Positions 8,632 to 18,804 of a DNA stretch of 64,000 nucleotides are shown here, piece after piece. The position numbers and the translations under genes are program-made. The notes under the pieces are model-generated. The model saw nothing but the letters and a program-made list of their open reading frames with translations, did no database searches and had not been told where the DNA came from. This DNA is from an uncultured Bacteriovoracaceae bacterium (lineage in GTDB: Bacteria; Bdellovibrionota; Bacteriovoracia; Bacteriovoracales; Bacteriovoracaceae). Within the stretch, counting starts at the first letter, position 1. Each line of letters starts with the position of its first letter. Location of the stretch: the NCBI GenBank assembly GCA_964012805.1, contig CAXGUD010000022.1, positions 1-64,000 of the forward strand, in the 5' to 3' direction.

Positions 8632-9108
8632 ATGGCTAACGAACTACCTATTACGGCCAACGGTGAAAAAAAATTACAAGACGAACTAAATCAACTGATT
8701 AAAGTTGATAGAGAAGAAATAAAGCAAAAGATTTCAGAAGCTAGGGAGCTCGGCGACCTCAAAGAGAATGCTGAATATCACTCTGCAAAAGAGAAGCAGG
8801 CTTTATTAGAAGGAAGAATATCACAACTTCAAGGTATACTAGCTGGCTCACAAGTTATCGATCCAACTTCAATCAAAAGTGATAAGATTGTTTTTGGGGC
8901 TACCGTAACTCTTGTAGATGTTCAAAAAGGGACTGAAGTAATATATCAGATTGTTGGTAAAGATGAGTCCAATATTGCCCAAGGGAAAATTTCATTTCTC
9001 AGCCCTTTAGGTAAAGCACTCATTGGAAAAGAAGAGGGTGATATAGTGCTGGTAAAAGCACCTAAAGGTGATATCGAATATGAAGTTCAACAATTTGAAT
9101 TCAAATAA
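8632..9108 (+). CDS. greA: Transcription elongation factor GreA
   Basis: ARELGDLKENAEYHSAK, SPLGKALIGK; ATG 8632 follows AAGGA. Confidence 0.97.
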   Translation: MANELPITANGEKKLQDELNQLIKVDREEIKQKISEARELGDLKENAEYHSAKEKQALLEGRISQLQGILAGSQVIDPTSIKSDKIVFGATVTLVDVQKGTEVIYQIVGKDESNIAQGKISFLSPLGKALIGKEEGDIVLVKAPKGDIEYEVQQFEFK

Positions 9109-9120
9109 CTAGCCATAGGT

Positions 9121-11154
9121 ATGGAAAAAGATTGGGAATCTTCAATTGATACTCTCTTTAAAACAAAAAATACAAAGGCTTCTGTTGCACTTAAAGAAGC
9201 CGGAATTGATACTATTGAAGACCTGCTTCAAATTTTTCCATCAAAAATAATCCCTTTAGACCATTCACAAAAAACTTCTTCTCTCGAAGACAAAAGTTTT
9301 TTCTACGGCCGTGGTAAAATTATAAAAGTGTGGAAAACCTTTCCGCAGTCGTTTTCTGGACATAGAAAAGGAAAAAAAGGGGCTATCATTAACGCCCAAT
9401 TTCTTTATTCAGGTTCAGGTGAAGTTATTAAACTCATGTGGTTTAATGCTTTTCCTAACCTATTTGAAAAAATTAAAGTTTACGAAGAAGAAAGCATCTT
9501 TGTTTATTTAAAAGGATTCATCAATCTTTTTAAAAGCAAACCCCAAATTATTTCTCCTTCTATTTCAAACGAAGAGGATACCCAAAGTGTTTATTTGGAA
9601 TATCCAACAATAAACTTTTTAAAAAATAAAGAAATTAAAAAAGTATTCGATAGAATCCCTGATTATATGTGGGACAATATAGAAGAAACCCTACCCACTC
9701 GTATTATTTTAGAGAAAGAACTACCAACAAAAAAAAGCTGGGCAAAGCTAATTCATGGTAAGATAACCCAGGCAGTTTCTAGCGAAGATATCGCCCAGGC
9801 ACACTTTAGAACTATATATGAAAAAGTTTTCCACCAAATTCATCAAAATATTAAAGAAAAAAAAGAGCATCAATACCATAAGTCGAAAAACTTAAGTATT
9901 TCCCTAGAGTCTCTTAAGTCCATTTTAAAACTATTTCCATTCGATTTAACAACCGATCAATCAAATGTGGTCAATGAAATAATCAAGGACTTAGATTCCT
10001 CAAAGCCAATGATAAGGCTATTGCAAGGAGATGTTGGAACAGGCAAAACTTGCATCGCCATAATTGCATCAGTCATTGCAATACAAAACAATTCCCAAGT
10101 TGCCTTAATGTGCCCAACAGAATCTCTTGCTCAACAACATTTTATTGAATTTAAATCTATACTAAAGTCAAGCTGCTCAATAGAACTTTTATTAGGAAGC
10201 CAGTCACAGAGTCATAAAAATCAAATAAAAAAAGATCTCCAAAATGGATCCTTGGATATAATTGTTGGAACCCATGCTCTAATCCAAGAATCGATTTCCT
10301 TTTTTAACTTAGGCTTAGCAATAATTGATGAGCAGCAGAAATTTGGAGTTAATCAAAAAAATCAACTCCTAGAAAAAGCCAAGGGTGTCCATAGTCTATA
10401 TATAAGTGCAACTCCAATTCCAAGAGACCTAAAGCTTGCTCAATATGGAAAAATTGATCTATCAATTATAAAAACTCAACCAAAAAATAAGAAGGATATT
10501 AAAACTAAAATAATTACTGAATCAAACTTCAATCTCTTTTTAAAGTTTCTTAAAACTAGGCTCTCTATGGGAGAACAAGCCTATATTGTTGTTCCAAGAA
10601 TTCACTCTAATAATAAGGACGCCCGAAATAATTTCTATCTCAAAAATATTTTCCAAAAGTTTAAATCTTTATTCCCTGAATACAATGTCGAGTCTTTTCA
10701 TGGAGAATTATCTTTAACAAAAAAGGAAGATGTTTTTAGAAAGTTTCACTCAGGCGAAATTAGTCTTCTATGTGCAACAAGCATCATTGAAGTAGGCATA
10801 AATGTTCCAAATGCAACAACTATTGCAATTTTTAAACCTGATTGCTTTGGGTTAAGCTCTCTTCATCAGCTTAGAGGAAGGGTCGGTAGAGGTGGCAAAC
10901 CAGGTTTTTGCTTTATAATAAAAACAAAAGAAATAACAAATGATCATTCTTTAAAACGTATCAAAACTTTCGAAAAATATAACGATGGTTTCAAAATTGC
11001 TGACGAAGATTTAAGATTGAGAGGTGAGGGAGATATTATCGGTACTAAACAATCAGGTCTATCACCGTTCAAAAGCCTTGAAACATTTGTTAAGATAGAT
11101 GAAAATTTTTTATATAATATAGAACAAGACGTATTAAAATGCATCAAATACTAA
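9121..11154 (+). CDS. recG: ATP-dependent DNA helicase RecG
   Basis: RLLQGDVGTGKT, PTESLAQQH, SATPIPR, LHQLRGRVGRG, DLRLRGEGD. Confidence 0.95.
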   Translation: MEKDWESSIDTLFKTKNTKASVALKEAGIDTIEDLLQIFPSKIIPLDHSQKTSSLEDKSFFYGRGKIIKVWKTFPQSFSGHRKGKKGAIINAQFLYSGSGEVIKLMWFNAFPNLFEKIKVYEEESIFVYLKGFINLFKSKPQIISPSISNEEDTQSVYLEYPTINFLKNKEIKKVFDRIPDYMWDNIEETLPTRIILEKELPTKKSWAKLIHGKITQAVSSEDIAQAHFRTIYEKVFHQIHQNIKEKKEHQYHKSKNLSISLESLKSILKLFPFDLTTDQSNVVNEIIKDLDSSKPMIRLLQGDVGTGKTCIAIIASVIAIQNNSQVALMCPTESLAQQHFIEFKSILKSSCSIELLLGSQSQSHKNQIKKDLQNGSLDIIVGTHALIQESISFFNLGLAIIDEQQKFGVNQKNQLLEKAKGVHSLYISATPIPRDLKLAQYGKIDLSIIKTQPKNKKDIKTKIITESNFNLFLKFLKTRLSMGEQAYIVVPRIHSNNKDARNNFYLKNIFQKFKSLFPEYNVESFHGELSLTKKEDVFRKFHSGEISLLCATSIIEVGINVPNATTIAIFKPDCFGLSSLHQLRGRVGRGGKPGFCFIIKTKEITNDHSLKRIKTFEKYNDGFKIADEDLRLRGEGDIIGTKQSGLSPFKSLETFVKIDENFLYNIEQDVLKCIKY

Positions 11155-11226
11155 CCTATTTTGTTAGCCATCAAAGTTAGATCTTTATCTACCACTTTTC
11201 TATAATTATGATATTATTGAATTATC

Positions 11227-11649
11227 ATGATTAAAGTTTTCTTCTTAAAACCATACAATGAAAGTCTATCCTTTCTATTCGATGATGTTACCATTGGACA
11301 AGATCCAAAATCGGATATAATCATACCGTCAGATAAATTTAACCTTCCTGAAATTTACTTAAAAATTAAAAAAGAAAAGTTAGAAGTTTCTACAAACCAA
11401 AAAGATCTATTTTTCCTCCATAACCAAAAAAAAGTTTCTGGAAAAATAAGGCTCAAGCCCCAAGACACAGTCTCGTTTGAATTTTGCGAATTTAAAATAG
11501 TCAATTTTATTAAAGAAATGAAACAAAACAATGAAAATGAATTTGAAAAGAATTATCAAGATTTAACAAAGAAAGAAAATGAAGAGGAGAAAAAAATAAT
11601 TGAAATGATTGAAAAAAATATTTTTATTATTGAAAAGGAATTAAACTGA
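11227..11649 (+). CDS. Hypothetical protein with degenerate FHA-like domain
   Basis: TIGQDPKSDIII...LKPQDTVSF pattern resembles FHA but lacks the GR and SxxH residues. Confidence 0.55.
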   Translation: MIKVFFLKPYNESLSFLFDDVTIGQDPKSDIIIPSDKFNLPEIYLKIKKEKLEVSTNQKDLFFLHNQKKVSGKIRLKPQDTVSFEFCEFKIVNFIKEMKQNNENEFEKNYQDLTKKENEEEKKIIEMIEKNIFIIEKELN

Positions 11650-11650
11650 T

Positions 11651-12568
11651 ATGTTCAAAAATAATCACCCTGCTTATTTTTACACAAGTGATAAAGTTAG
11701 AATTTTTTACAACACTAACTTTAAGCAGGAAGATTTTGATCCTAAAAAAACTCTTTTAATTTTTAACTATGGACTGGTATGTAGTAACTATCATTGGAAA
11801 TTTCAACTTCCTTTTTTTGAAAGAAATAATTTTCAAATACTAATTCATGATTATCGGGGTCACTTCTCTTCATCTAAAAAGGATGATTATAGAGATGTTA
11901 GTTTTTATAATATAACAAGAGACCTTTTTGAAATTGTTTTTTCTATGAGTAAGAAAGCCCTTAATAAAAATATTATTTTAATTGGTCATAGTATGGGCGT
12001 TAATATCTCCATAGAGTTTGCAAGAAGATATCCAGACTTTGTTAGAGGAATGGTTTTAATATCGGGAACCCCTTACTCACCAAAAGATGTTATGTTCAAT
12101 TCAAACTTAAGTCACTTTTTGTTCAAATTTCTTCGAATTATGAGGGATAAATTTCCTAATGGGATAAAGACTTTTTGGGAATCATCTTATTTAAATCCAT
12201 TAGCAAGATGGATCATTTATGATGGTGGATTTAATAAAAGCTTTACTGATAAAAAATTTGTTGAAACTTATATGAAAAGAATAGGTGAGCTTGATGTTGA
12301 TCTATTTATTCACTTAATGAACGAAATGCATTTTCATGAAGGTATTTCGCATTTTTCTAATATCAACTCTCCCACGCTAATTATTGGTGGAGACAAAGAT
12401 AAGCTAGTTCCAAATTATTTGCAAAAAATTTATAGTCTTAACCTAAGAGAGTCTGAGTTTTACCTTGTAAAAGAAGGAAGTCATGTACCCCAAGTTGATT
12501 TCCCAGAAAGTATTAACGAGAGAATTTTTAACTTTATAAAAAAACGTTGCCTTCTCCAGGAATTTTAA
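11651..12568 (+). CDS. Alpha/beta hydrolase
   Basis: DYRGHF, GHSMG nucleophile elbow, GDKDK acid, GSH His. Confidence 0.92.
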   Translation: MFKNNHPAYFYTSDKVRIFYNTNFKQEDFDPKKTLLIFNYGLVCSNYHWKFQLPFFERNNFQILIHDYRGHFSSSKKDDYRDVSFYNITRDLFEIVFSMSKKALNKNIILIGHSMGVNISIEFARRYPDFVRGMVLISGTPYSPKDVMFNSNLSHFLFKFLRIMRDKFPNGIKTFWESSYLNPLARWIIYDGGFNKSFTDKKFVETYMKRIGELDVDLFIHLMNEMHFHEGISHFSNINSPTLIIGGDKDKLVPNYLQKIYSLNLRESEFYLVKEGSHVPQVDFPESINERIFNFIKKRCLLQEF

Positions 12569-13810
12569 TTAAATCTTTATATTTTTCAATTTTAATAACG
12601 GATCAAAAACTCTTTTCATAGCAGATATCTGTTGAGACCTCTTGTATTCTAAATGAGATGCCTCTCCTTCAGTGTTTCTTTTATTGCCTTCTTTATCAAC
12701 GATTTGAACTTCATAAGGGTAAAAAAACCTTATATCTCTAGCTATTAAACTCATATCTAAAGATAAAACTTTTTTAGAAAGCTCTGTTTGGGCTTCACCC
12801 AGATCTTTGGCAACCTTTCTAACTTCATTAAAATCCTGCAAAAACGGATTTTTATAGTTAATTAGGTGCCGTGCCGTAAATTGAACAGTCTGATAATTAT
12901 CGGATGAATGAATATTTCGATCTTTTCCTCCGACACTTTCAAATGAACAATCTTGGCATTCTCTCTCCATCGCCTGAATAAACCTATCTTCTGAAAGGTT
13001 ATTCCTTAACGCCATTTTCAATAAATTTCTATATCGGCTTTTCAACTCTTCTAAATCAACAAGAGTGTTCACAGAGCGGCTAGGTTTAATATTGTGAGGA
13101 ATTACAATAGTATTTTCAATCAAAAATTTTACAACCATCAAAGTATCAAACTTAGTCTCTGTAATAAAACGAATGCCTATTGTATCAAATAACTCCTCAG
13201 CAACATTTTCAGCTTTATGAAGTAATTTAATAATAACACTATCTCTAGTCTTTTTTGACTTTGTTTCAAAGTCTACAAGAGGAACTCGGTTGTCCTGCCC
13301 CTTTATACCTAAATAGAGCCTTTCTTTCTCCCTAAAAATATACTTATAAAATCTATCAAAAACCTGTTTTTGTATTTCAGGAAAATAGTTACTTCTTAAA
13401 TCCTTATCGACATGTAGGATTGTATGCATCACCTTTAAAATAACTTCTGCCCACAACTTTTCTTCCATATTCTCAGGGCCTTCTTGTGTGGCCATAAGAA
13501 AAAGCTCATTAATATCTGTAATTCTATAAATCTGACTCGGCATCCTCAGATCCAAACCATCTTCATTTCCTTCCTTTAAAAAATATCTTCTTATAAATTG
13601 AAGTGATTCTTGAAAATTGCCAAAAAGCTCTGACTTGCTTACAAGGTCATTGGGATCAAGCCCATAACCCTTTAAAAAATTATTAGCCTCATCAACATTG
13701 TTGACCTGACCCACAAAAAACTTAGAATCTATTGCCGAGCGTCCATCTAGCATCACACCTATCAAGTCCCAGTCGAAAAGATATTTTGACAAATAGCTTG
13801 GTCTTTTCAT
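12569..13810 (-). CDS. TIGR04552-like protein with RelA/SpoT-type nucleotidyltransferase motifs
   Basis: KTRDSVIIKL, FDTIGIRF, YQTVQF, YEVQI, SHLEYK; family assignment from memory. Confidence 0.75.
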   Translation of the reverse strand: MKRPSYLSKYLFDWDLIGVMLDGRSAIDSKFFVGQVNNVDEANNFLKGYGLDPNDLVSKSELFGNFQESLQFIRRYFLKEGNEDGLDLRMPSQIYRITDINELFLMATQEGPENMEEKLWAEVILKVMHTILHVDKDLRSNYFPEIQKQVFDRFYKYIFREKERLYLGIKGQDNRVPLVDFETKSKKTRDSVIIKLLHKAENVAEELFDTIGIRFITETKFDTLMVVKFLIENTIVIPHNIKPSRSVNTLVDLEELKSRYRNLLKMALRNNLSEDRFIQAMERECQDCSFESVGGKDRNIHSSDNYQTVQFTARHLINYKNPFLQDFNEVRKVAKDLGEAQTELSKKVLSLDMSLIARDIRFFYPYEVQIVDKEGNKRNTEGEASHLEYKRSQQISAMKRVFDPLLKLKNIKI

Positions 13811-13867
13811 AATTTTCCAATACCCTAGGAAAAATTTTTAAAACTTCTTTTTTGAAGGCTGTTTAAT

Positions 13868-14359
13868 ATGCAAAATCATAAACGTCCAAGCCTGAAGAAT
13901 CCAGAAATTTTATTTCTTTCTTTTTTTGGGATTGGATTTCTTCCAAAAGCTCCTGGTACCTTTGCTAGTCTTGCTACACTCCCTTTTTTATTTTTGCTTG
14001 GCTCCAAAAACCCTCCAATTATTTTTTTCATTCCACCCCTTGTCATTTTGACCATTGCTTCATCTTTTATCACACAAATGGCTCAAGAAAAGCATGATGC
14101 CTTAGACCCTTCATGGATCGTTATTGATGAAGTCATTGGAATGAGTATTGCGTGGCTCTTTATTCAAGACCACAACATTTACCATCTCGTCATTCTATTT
14201 TGCCTATTTAGGTTTTTTGATATTTTTAAAATTGAACCTGTTCGCTATATTGATAAAAACTTAAAACATGGTTCAGGAGTCATCTTAGATGATGTTGTGG
14301 CGGGCTTATATGCTGGCCTTACTTATAAGATCATTCAGTTTTTTGAAATAATTCCATAA
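13868..14359 (+). CDS. pgpA: Phosphatidylglycerophosphatase A
   Basis: APGTFASL, DPSWIVIDEVIG, FRFFDIFK, DDVVAG. Confidence 0.95.
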   Translation: MQNHKRPSLKNPEILFLSFFGIGFLPKAPGTFASLATLPFLFLLGSKNPPIIFFIPPLVILTIASSFITQMAQEKHDALDPSWIVIDEVIGMSIAWLFIQDHNIYHLVILFCLFRFFDIFKIEPVRYIDKNLKHGSGVILDDVVAGLYAGLTYKIIQFFEIIP

Positions 14360-14541
14360 AGTTTGCTTCAGCCTAATTTTATGCTCAGACATATCTTGGA
14401 CTTAACTTTATTCTTCAATACTGGGCTTTTGAACATAAAAACGGGTAGCGACTTAAAAAATAAAATGATAATCCTTCATCTTAAGTTTTGAGATTGATCT
14501 AAAAGCTTCGAATAGATACGCCCTTAGTTAGGAGAAATAAA

Positions 14542-15663
14542 ATGGCAAAACAAAACACCACAGTCTCTTCATCCGAACAAAATGCGAAAAACAAAGCCCT
14601 TGAACTTGCCCTATCATCTATTGAAAAACAATTTGGAAAGGGTGCAATTATGAAGCTAGATGGAAAAAGCACGGAAAAAGTACCTGCGATTTCCACAAGT
14701 TGCCTCAGTCTCGACTTAGGGCTTGGAATAGGTGGTATTCCTCAAGGAAGAATCGTAGAAATTTATGGACCAGAGTCTTCCGGAAAAACAACTTTAACAA
14801 TTCATATTGCCTCAGAGTGCCAAAAAGCGGGTGGAACTGTCGCATTTATAGATGCGGAGCATGCTTTAGATACAAGCTACGCCGCTAAATTAGGAATGGA
14901 TATTCCCAATACTCTTATTTCTCAACCAGACAGTGGAGAACAAGCACTAGAGATTTGTGACATGTTGGTACGGTCTGGTGCAGTTAATTTGCTTATCGTT
15001 GACTCCGTAGCTGCATTAACTCCAAGAGCTGAATTAGAAGGAGATATGGGAGATTCTCACATGGGACTCCAGGCAAGACTTATGTCTCAAGCACTAAGAA
15101 AACTTACTGGCTCTATCGCTAAAACAAATGCCACAGTTATTTTTATTAACCAGCTAAGAATGAAAATTGGCGTTATGTTTGGAAATCCTGAAACAACAAC
15201 AGGTGGGAATGCACTCAAGTTTTACTCCTCTGTTCGCATGGACATTAGGAAAATTGGAGCCATCAAAGAGGGTGACAGCATTATCGGTAACAGAACAAAA
15301 ATAAAAATCGTTAAAAACAAAATTGCTCCCCCCTTCAAAAATGTTGAGTTTGATATCATGTTTGGAAAGGGAATCTCTAAATCCGGCGACCTTCTAGATA
15401 TGGCTGTAGAGAGTGGCGTCATAGAAAAAGCGGGTGCTTGGTTTTCTTACAATAATGCGAAAGTTGGCCAAGGAAGAGAAAACTCCAAGCGCTTTTTAGA
15501 AGAAAACCCAGACATTATGAAAGAAATTAAAAATAAGATTCTTGTAAAAAAGGGCCTTCTAGAGGAGTCTCAGGAAGCAGACATTAATCAAGAAACAGGA
15601 GAAATTCTTGAAGAGAAGCCTACAAAAAAAAGCTCCTCAAAACAAAAGAAAAAGGTTCATTAG
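14542..15663 (+). CDS. recA: Recombinase RecA
   Basis: [31 protein letters not shown]. Confidence 0.99.
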   Translation: MAKQNTTVSSSEQNAKNKALELALSSIEKQFGKGAIMKLDGKSTEKVPAISTSCLSLDLGLGIGGIPQGRIVEIYGPESSGKTTLTIHIASECQKAGGTVAFIDAEHALDTSYAAKLGMDIPNTLISQPDSGEQALEICDMLVRSGAVNLLIVDSVAALTPRAELEGDMGDSHMGLQARLMSQALRKLTGSIAKTNATVIFINQLRMKIGVMFGNPETTTGGNALKFYSSVRMDIRKIGAIKEGDSIIGNRTKIKIVKNKIAPPFKNVEFDIMFGKGISKSGDLLDMAVESGVIEKAGAWFSYNNAKVGQGRENSKRFLEENPDIMKEIKNKILVKKGLLEESQEADINQETGEILEEKPTKKSSSKQKKKVH

Positions 15664-15676
15664 AGTTATATAAAAT

Positions 15677-15710
15677 AAGAAGGCTCCCTTGTTTTAAGGA
15701 AGCCTTCTTT
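15677..15710 (+). terminator. Hairpin terminator/attenuator between recA and recX
   Basis: AAGAAGGCT...AGCCTTCTT stem with inner CCTT/AAGG pairs; only a short U tail. Confidence 0.7.
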
Positions 15711-15730
15711 AGCTCTCGAAGGAGCCTAAA

Positions 15731-16201
15731 ATTAAACAAAGTCCCGCTTATATAAAAACGCTTCAACTCCTGGCAAGACAGCCTTATTCACTTTTTCGTC
15801 TAAAAAAGAAACTACAAGAAAAGGATTTTGATCCTAAAGATATCGACTTGGCGATTCAAAGGGCCAAACACTTAAATTATTTATGCGAAAAGGATTACAC
15901 ATTTTCGAGAATTACTTCTCTTATGAGAAGAGGTTGTGCAACCTACCTCATTAAAAAAAGGCTAAAGATAGAGGACCAAATAGAGGTCACAAGTGAGGAA
16001 GTAGAAAAAGTTTTTAAAGAGCATAACATAACTGAAGAGTCCCTGATAAAGGAGATTATAGCCAAAAAAAAACCTGCAGCGTTTAAAAATGAAATACATA
16101 AAGAAAAAGTTAAAAATAAAATCCTTAGGTATCTACAGAATAAAGGCTACAACTGGGATATTGTGTCTTTTTTAGTTGATGAGGAGTTCAAGGTACCCTA
16201 A
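15731..16201 (+). CDS. recX: Regulatory protein RecX, probable ATT start
   Basis: The frame is open upstream of TTG 15848 and encodes the first RecX repeat (AYIKTLQLLARQPYSLFRLKKKLQEKDF). C-terminal LRYLQNKGY. SD AAGGAG lies 6 nt before ATT 15731. Confidence 0.85.
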   Translation: MKQSPAYIKTLQLLARQPYSLFRLKKKLQEKDFDPKDIDLAIQRAKHLNYLCEKDYTFSRITSLMRRGCATYLIKKRLKIEDQIEVTSEEVEKVFKEHNITEESLIKEIIAKKKPAAFKNEIHKEKVKNKILRYLQNKGYNWDIVSFLVDEEFKVP

Positions 16202-16253
16202 AATCTAATCATCCCCGAGAGGTGGCTTCCACCTTCACTATTTTGAGAAAAAA

Positions 16254-17987
16254 ATGAAAAAAGTCATTTTATTTGTGATCATTGTATTACTCCAGGCTTG
16301 CTCTAAACCTAAAGGAAAAGGTAGTGACACGGATATTCTTAACTTGGCCATCAGGGATAAAATTCCTACTTTTGACCCATCATCTGCCTATGACGTTGTT
16401 TCTTCAACTGTAATGTATCAAACCTATGAGCAACTTTATGAGTATCACTACTTAAAAAGACCATTCGCATTAAAACCCTTGCTCGCCAAAAGCATGCCAA
16501 AAATAGAAAATAATGGAAAAAGATATATTATAAACATTCAAAAAAATGTGCCTTACCATAGCGACCCTTCCCTAAAAGAGAGCCGTTTTCTTATTGCTCA
16601 AGACTTTATAAACCAAATTAAACGACTTGCCTTCAAACCAAATAAAAGTAATGGTTGGTGGTTATTTGACGGTAAAATAAAAGGATTAAATGAATTTAGA
16701 GAAAAAGCTGGCTCAGACTTCCAAAAATATATTAACCTTGAAGTTTCTGGCCTTAAAACAAGAGGAGATCACACCTTAATTATCGACCTTTTGGAACCTT
16801 ACCCTCAAATGATCTATGCGCTATCAATGAGCTTTACGTCACCACTGCCTATTGAATCAATTATCTATTATAAAAATAACCTATCCAAAAATATAATAGG
16901 TACTGGTCCTTTCAAACTTGAGTCCTTAAAGCCCAATCATCCACTCACCCTAACTAAATTTAAAAAATACAACCTTTCCTCATATCCAAAAAAAGGGGAT
17001 AGGAGGTCCCATTCAAAGAAACTACTAATTGATGCTGGAAAGCCTCTACCTCTTTTAAACAAAATAAACTTCCATATTATAAAGAAACATGACTCAAGAT
17101 GGAATGCGTTTATCAATAAAAAAATAGATATTATAAGCCTTTCTAAAGAACATCTAAAAATTGCACTCAATAAATTTGGAGAACTTAAAAGTAATTTAAA
17201 AGAAAAGAAAATTAATCTTCAAATATCTCCAACGCTCACCTTTTGGTGGCTTTCATTTAATATGAAAGACCCTCTTTTAGGAAAAAATAAGGATTTAAGA
17301 AAAGCTATTACTTATGCAATTGATAGAGATAAATTTATTGACTTATCCACAAACAAAACAGGGCAAAAAGCAAATTCCATTTACCCACCTGGTATTCCAG
17401 GTTACAGCCCTTCGAAAACGATTTCCATTAACTATGATATTGAGCTATCCAAAAAACTGCTTAAACAAGCAGGTTACCCCAACGGAAAAGGGCTTCCAGT
17501 TCTCCAATACGATACAAGAGGCGACACTGAGCTTACGAAGAAACAAGCTGAATACATAAAAAATCAGATGAAAAAAATTGGGATTAATGTAAAAGTTGTA
17601 GTTAACTCTTTTACCACTTTCCTCAAAAAAGTAAGAGAAGGGTCATTGCAGTTGTGGATGGGCGGTTGGTCTATGGATTACCCTGATGCAGAGAATCTTC
17701 TACAACTCCTCTATTCAAAAAACTCCCCTCCAGGACCTAATGCAACCTTCTATAATAATAAAAACTTTGATAACAGCTTCAAGAAGTTTAAAAAGGTTTA
17801 TAGTATTCAAGAAAAGAAGGAGCTAATGGAATCAATGGAGGAGGAAGTCTTAAAAGACCTCCCATGGTTCATGCTCTACTATCAAAGAACCTATACTCTC
17901 TTTCACAGCAATATCCAAAACTATAGGTACTCAGATATTATTCCAAATATCTACAAGTATCTAAGAATCAAAAAATCAAACCGGTAA
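16254..17987 (+). CDS. ABC substrate-binding lipoprotein, family 5 (OppA/DppA-like)
   Basis: Lipobox LLQAC, TFDP, IGTGPFKL, LRKAITYAIDR, GWSMDYPD. Confidence 0.92.
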   Translation: MKKVILFVIIVLLQACSKPKGKGSDTDILNLAIRDKIPTFDPSSAYDVVSSTVMYQTYEQLYEYHYLKRPFALKPLLAKSMPKIENNGKRYIINIQKNVPYHSDPSLKESRFLIAQDFINQIKRLAFKPNKSNGWWLFDGKIKGLNEFREKAGSDFQKYINLEVSGLKTRGDHTLIIDLLEPYPQMIYALSMSFTSPLPIESIIYYKNNLSKNIIGTGPFKLESLKPNHPLTLTKFKKYNLSSYPKKGDRRSHSKKLLIDAGKPLPLLNKINFHIIKKHDSRWNAFINKKIDIISLSKEHLKIALNKFGELKSNLKEKKINLQISPTLTFWWLSFNMKDPLLGKNKDLRKAITYAIDRDKFIDLSTNKTGQKANSIYPPGIPGYSPSKTISINYDIELSKKLLKQAGYPNGKGLPVLQYDTRGDTELTKKQAEYIKNQMKKIGINVKVVVNSFTTFLKKVREGSLQLWMGGWSMDYPDAENLLQLLYSKNSPPGPNATFYNNKNFDNSFKKFKKVYSIQEKKELMESMEEEVLKDLPWFMLYYQRTYTLFHSNIQNYRYSDIIPNIYKYLRIKKSNR

Positions 17988-18090
17988 ATATTTCCATCTT
18001 ACCAAAGCTCTAATTTTAGTTTTTCCATTTTAGGACGATATCTAAGCCAAATCTCCTATAGTTTTTAAAACTAAAAAAAAAGGACCCATA

Positions 18091-18495
18091 ATGCGGCAAA
18101 AAAACGCCATCATTATATTAATGATCTTCAGCTTCTCAACTCTGGTATACTCTAAGGACTACATCATCTTCAATATATCCCAGCAAGTTCCCATGGGTTA
18201 CAAAAATGAAAAAGTAAACAAGAACTTCTTCGTAAATATTGGAAAAATTCAAGGTGTTAAGGCAGGAACAGTTTTAGACGTCCACAGAAAAGTCTCAAAG
18301 TTAAACCCTTTAAAAACATGGAAGAGACACCGATTTGACGTTAAGGTTGGCCAACTTGAAGTCATTCACTCTGAAGACCATTCATCTATATGTAAAAGAA
18401 GAGGACCTAAATCTATGAAAAAAACAGATCATAGTCTTGAAATGGAATCCTTTTTGTTAGGAGATATTGTATCAGTTAATATTAAGAAGAATTAA
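18091..18495 (+). CDS. Exported hypothetical protein, FlgT C-terminal-like beta domain
   Basis: Signal peptide; VNIGKIQGVKAGTVLDVHR...VGQLEVIH pattern. Confidence 0.55.
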   Translation: MRQKNAIIILMIFSFSTLVYSKDYIIFNISQQVPMGYKNEKVNKNFFVNIGKIQGVKAGTVLDVHRKVSKLNPLKTWKRHRFDVKVGQLEVIHSEDHSSICKRRGPKSMKKTDHSLEMESFLLGDIVSVNIKKN

Positions 18496-18499
18496 CTTA

Positions 18500-18745
18500 T
18501 TATTCTTCTGATTTTTCTCTCTCCGCCCTAAGAACTTCTCTTCTATCCTTGACCATTACGATCATTCTATCTATAGCTTTTACTGTTTTTTCCATCCTAG
18601 TCAATTCTTTGGGGTCAACATCATCCTTTTTCTTAAGCCTACCAAGGACATATCCGCCCATGCCCTGAGCAACTACAAGCTGATTACTAAGATCGTGGAG
18701 AAATACTCTTTCGGCACTCTTGGGCTGGTCGCTAGAATCACTCAC
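18500..18745 (-). CDS. Stand-alone HisKA/DHp-like small protein
   Basis: H-box-like FLHDLSNQL and a two-helix hairpin; SD GAGGAG with GTG start. Confidence 0.7.
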   Translation of the reverse strand: MSDSSDQPKSAERVFLHDLSNQLVVAQGMGGYVLGRLKKKDDVDPKELTRMEKTVKAIDRMIVMVKDRREVLRAEREKSEE

Positions 18746-18804
18746 ATTGCTCTCCTCTTAAAACAAATGGTATTTCGTTAATTTTAACATTTTTTTTAAA
18801 AATT

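Noticed and set aside
14360..14541. LexA box upstream of recA
   Set aside because: No convincing palindrome matching SOS boxes I know.
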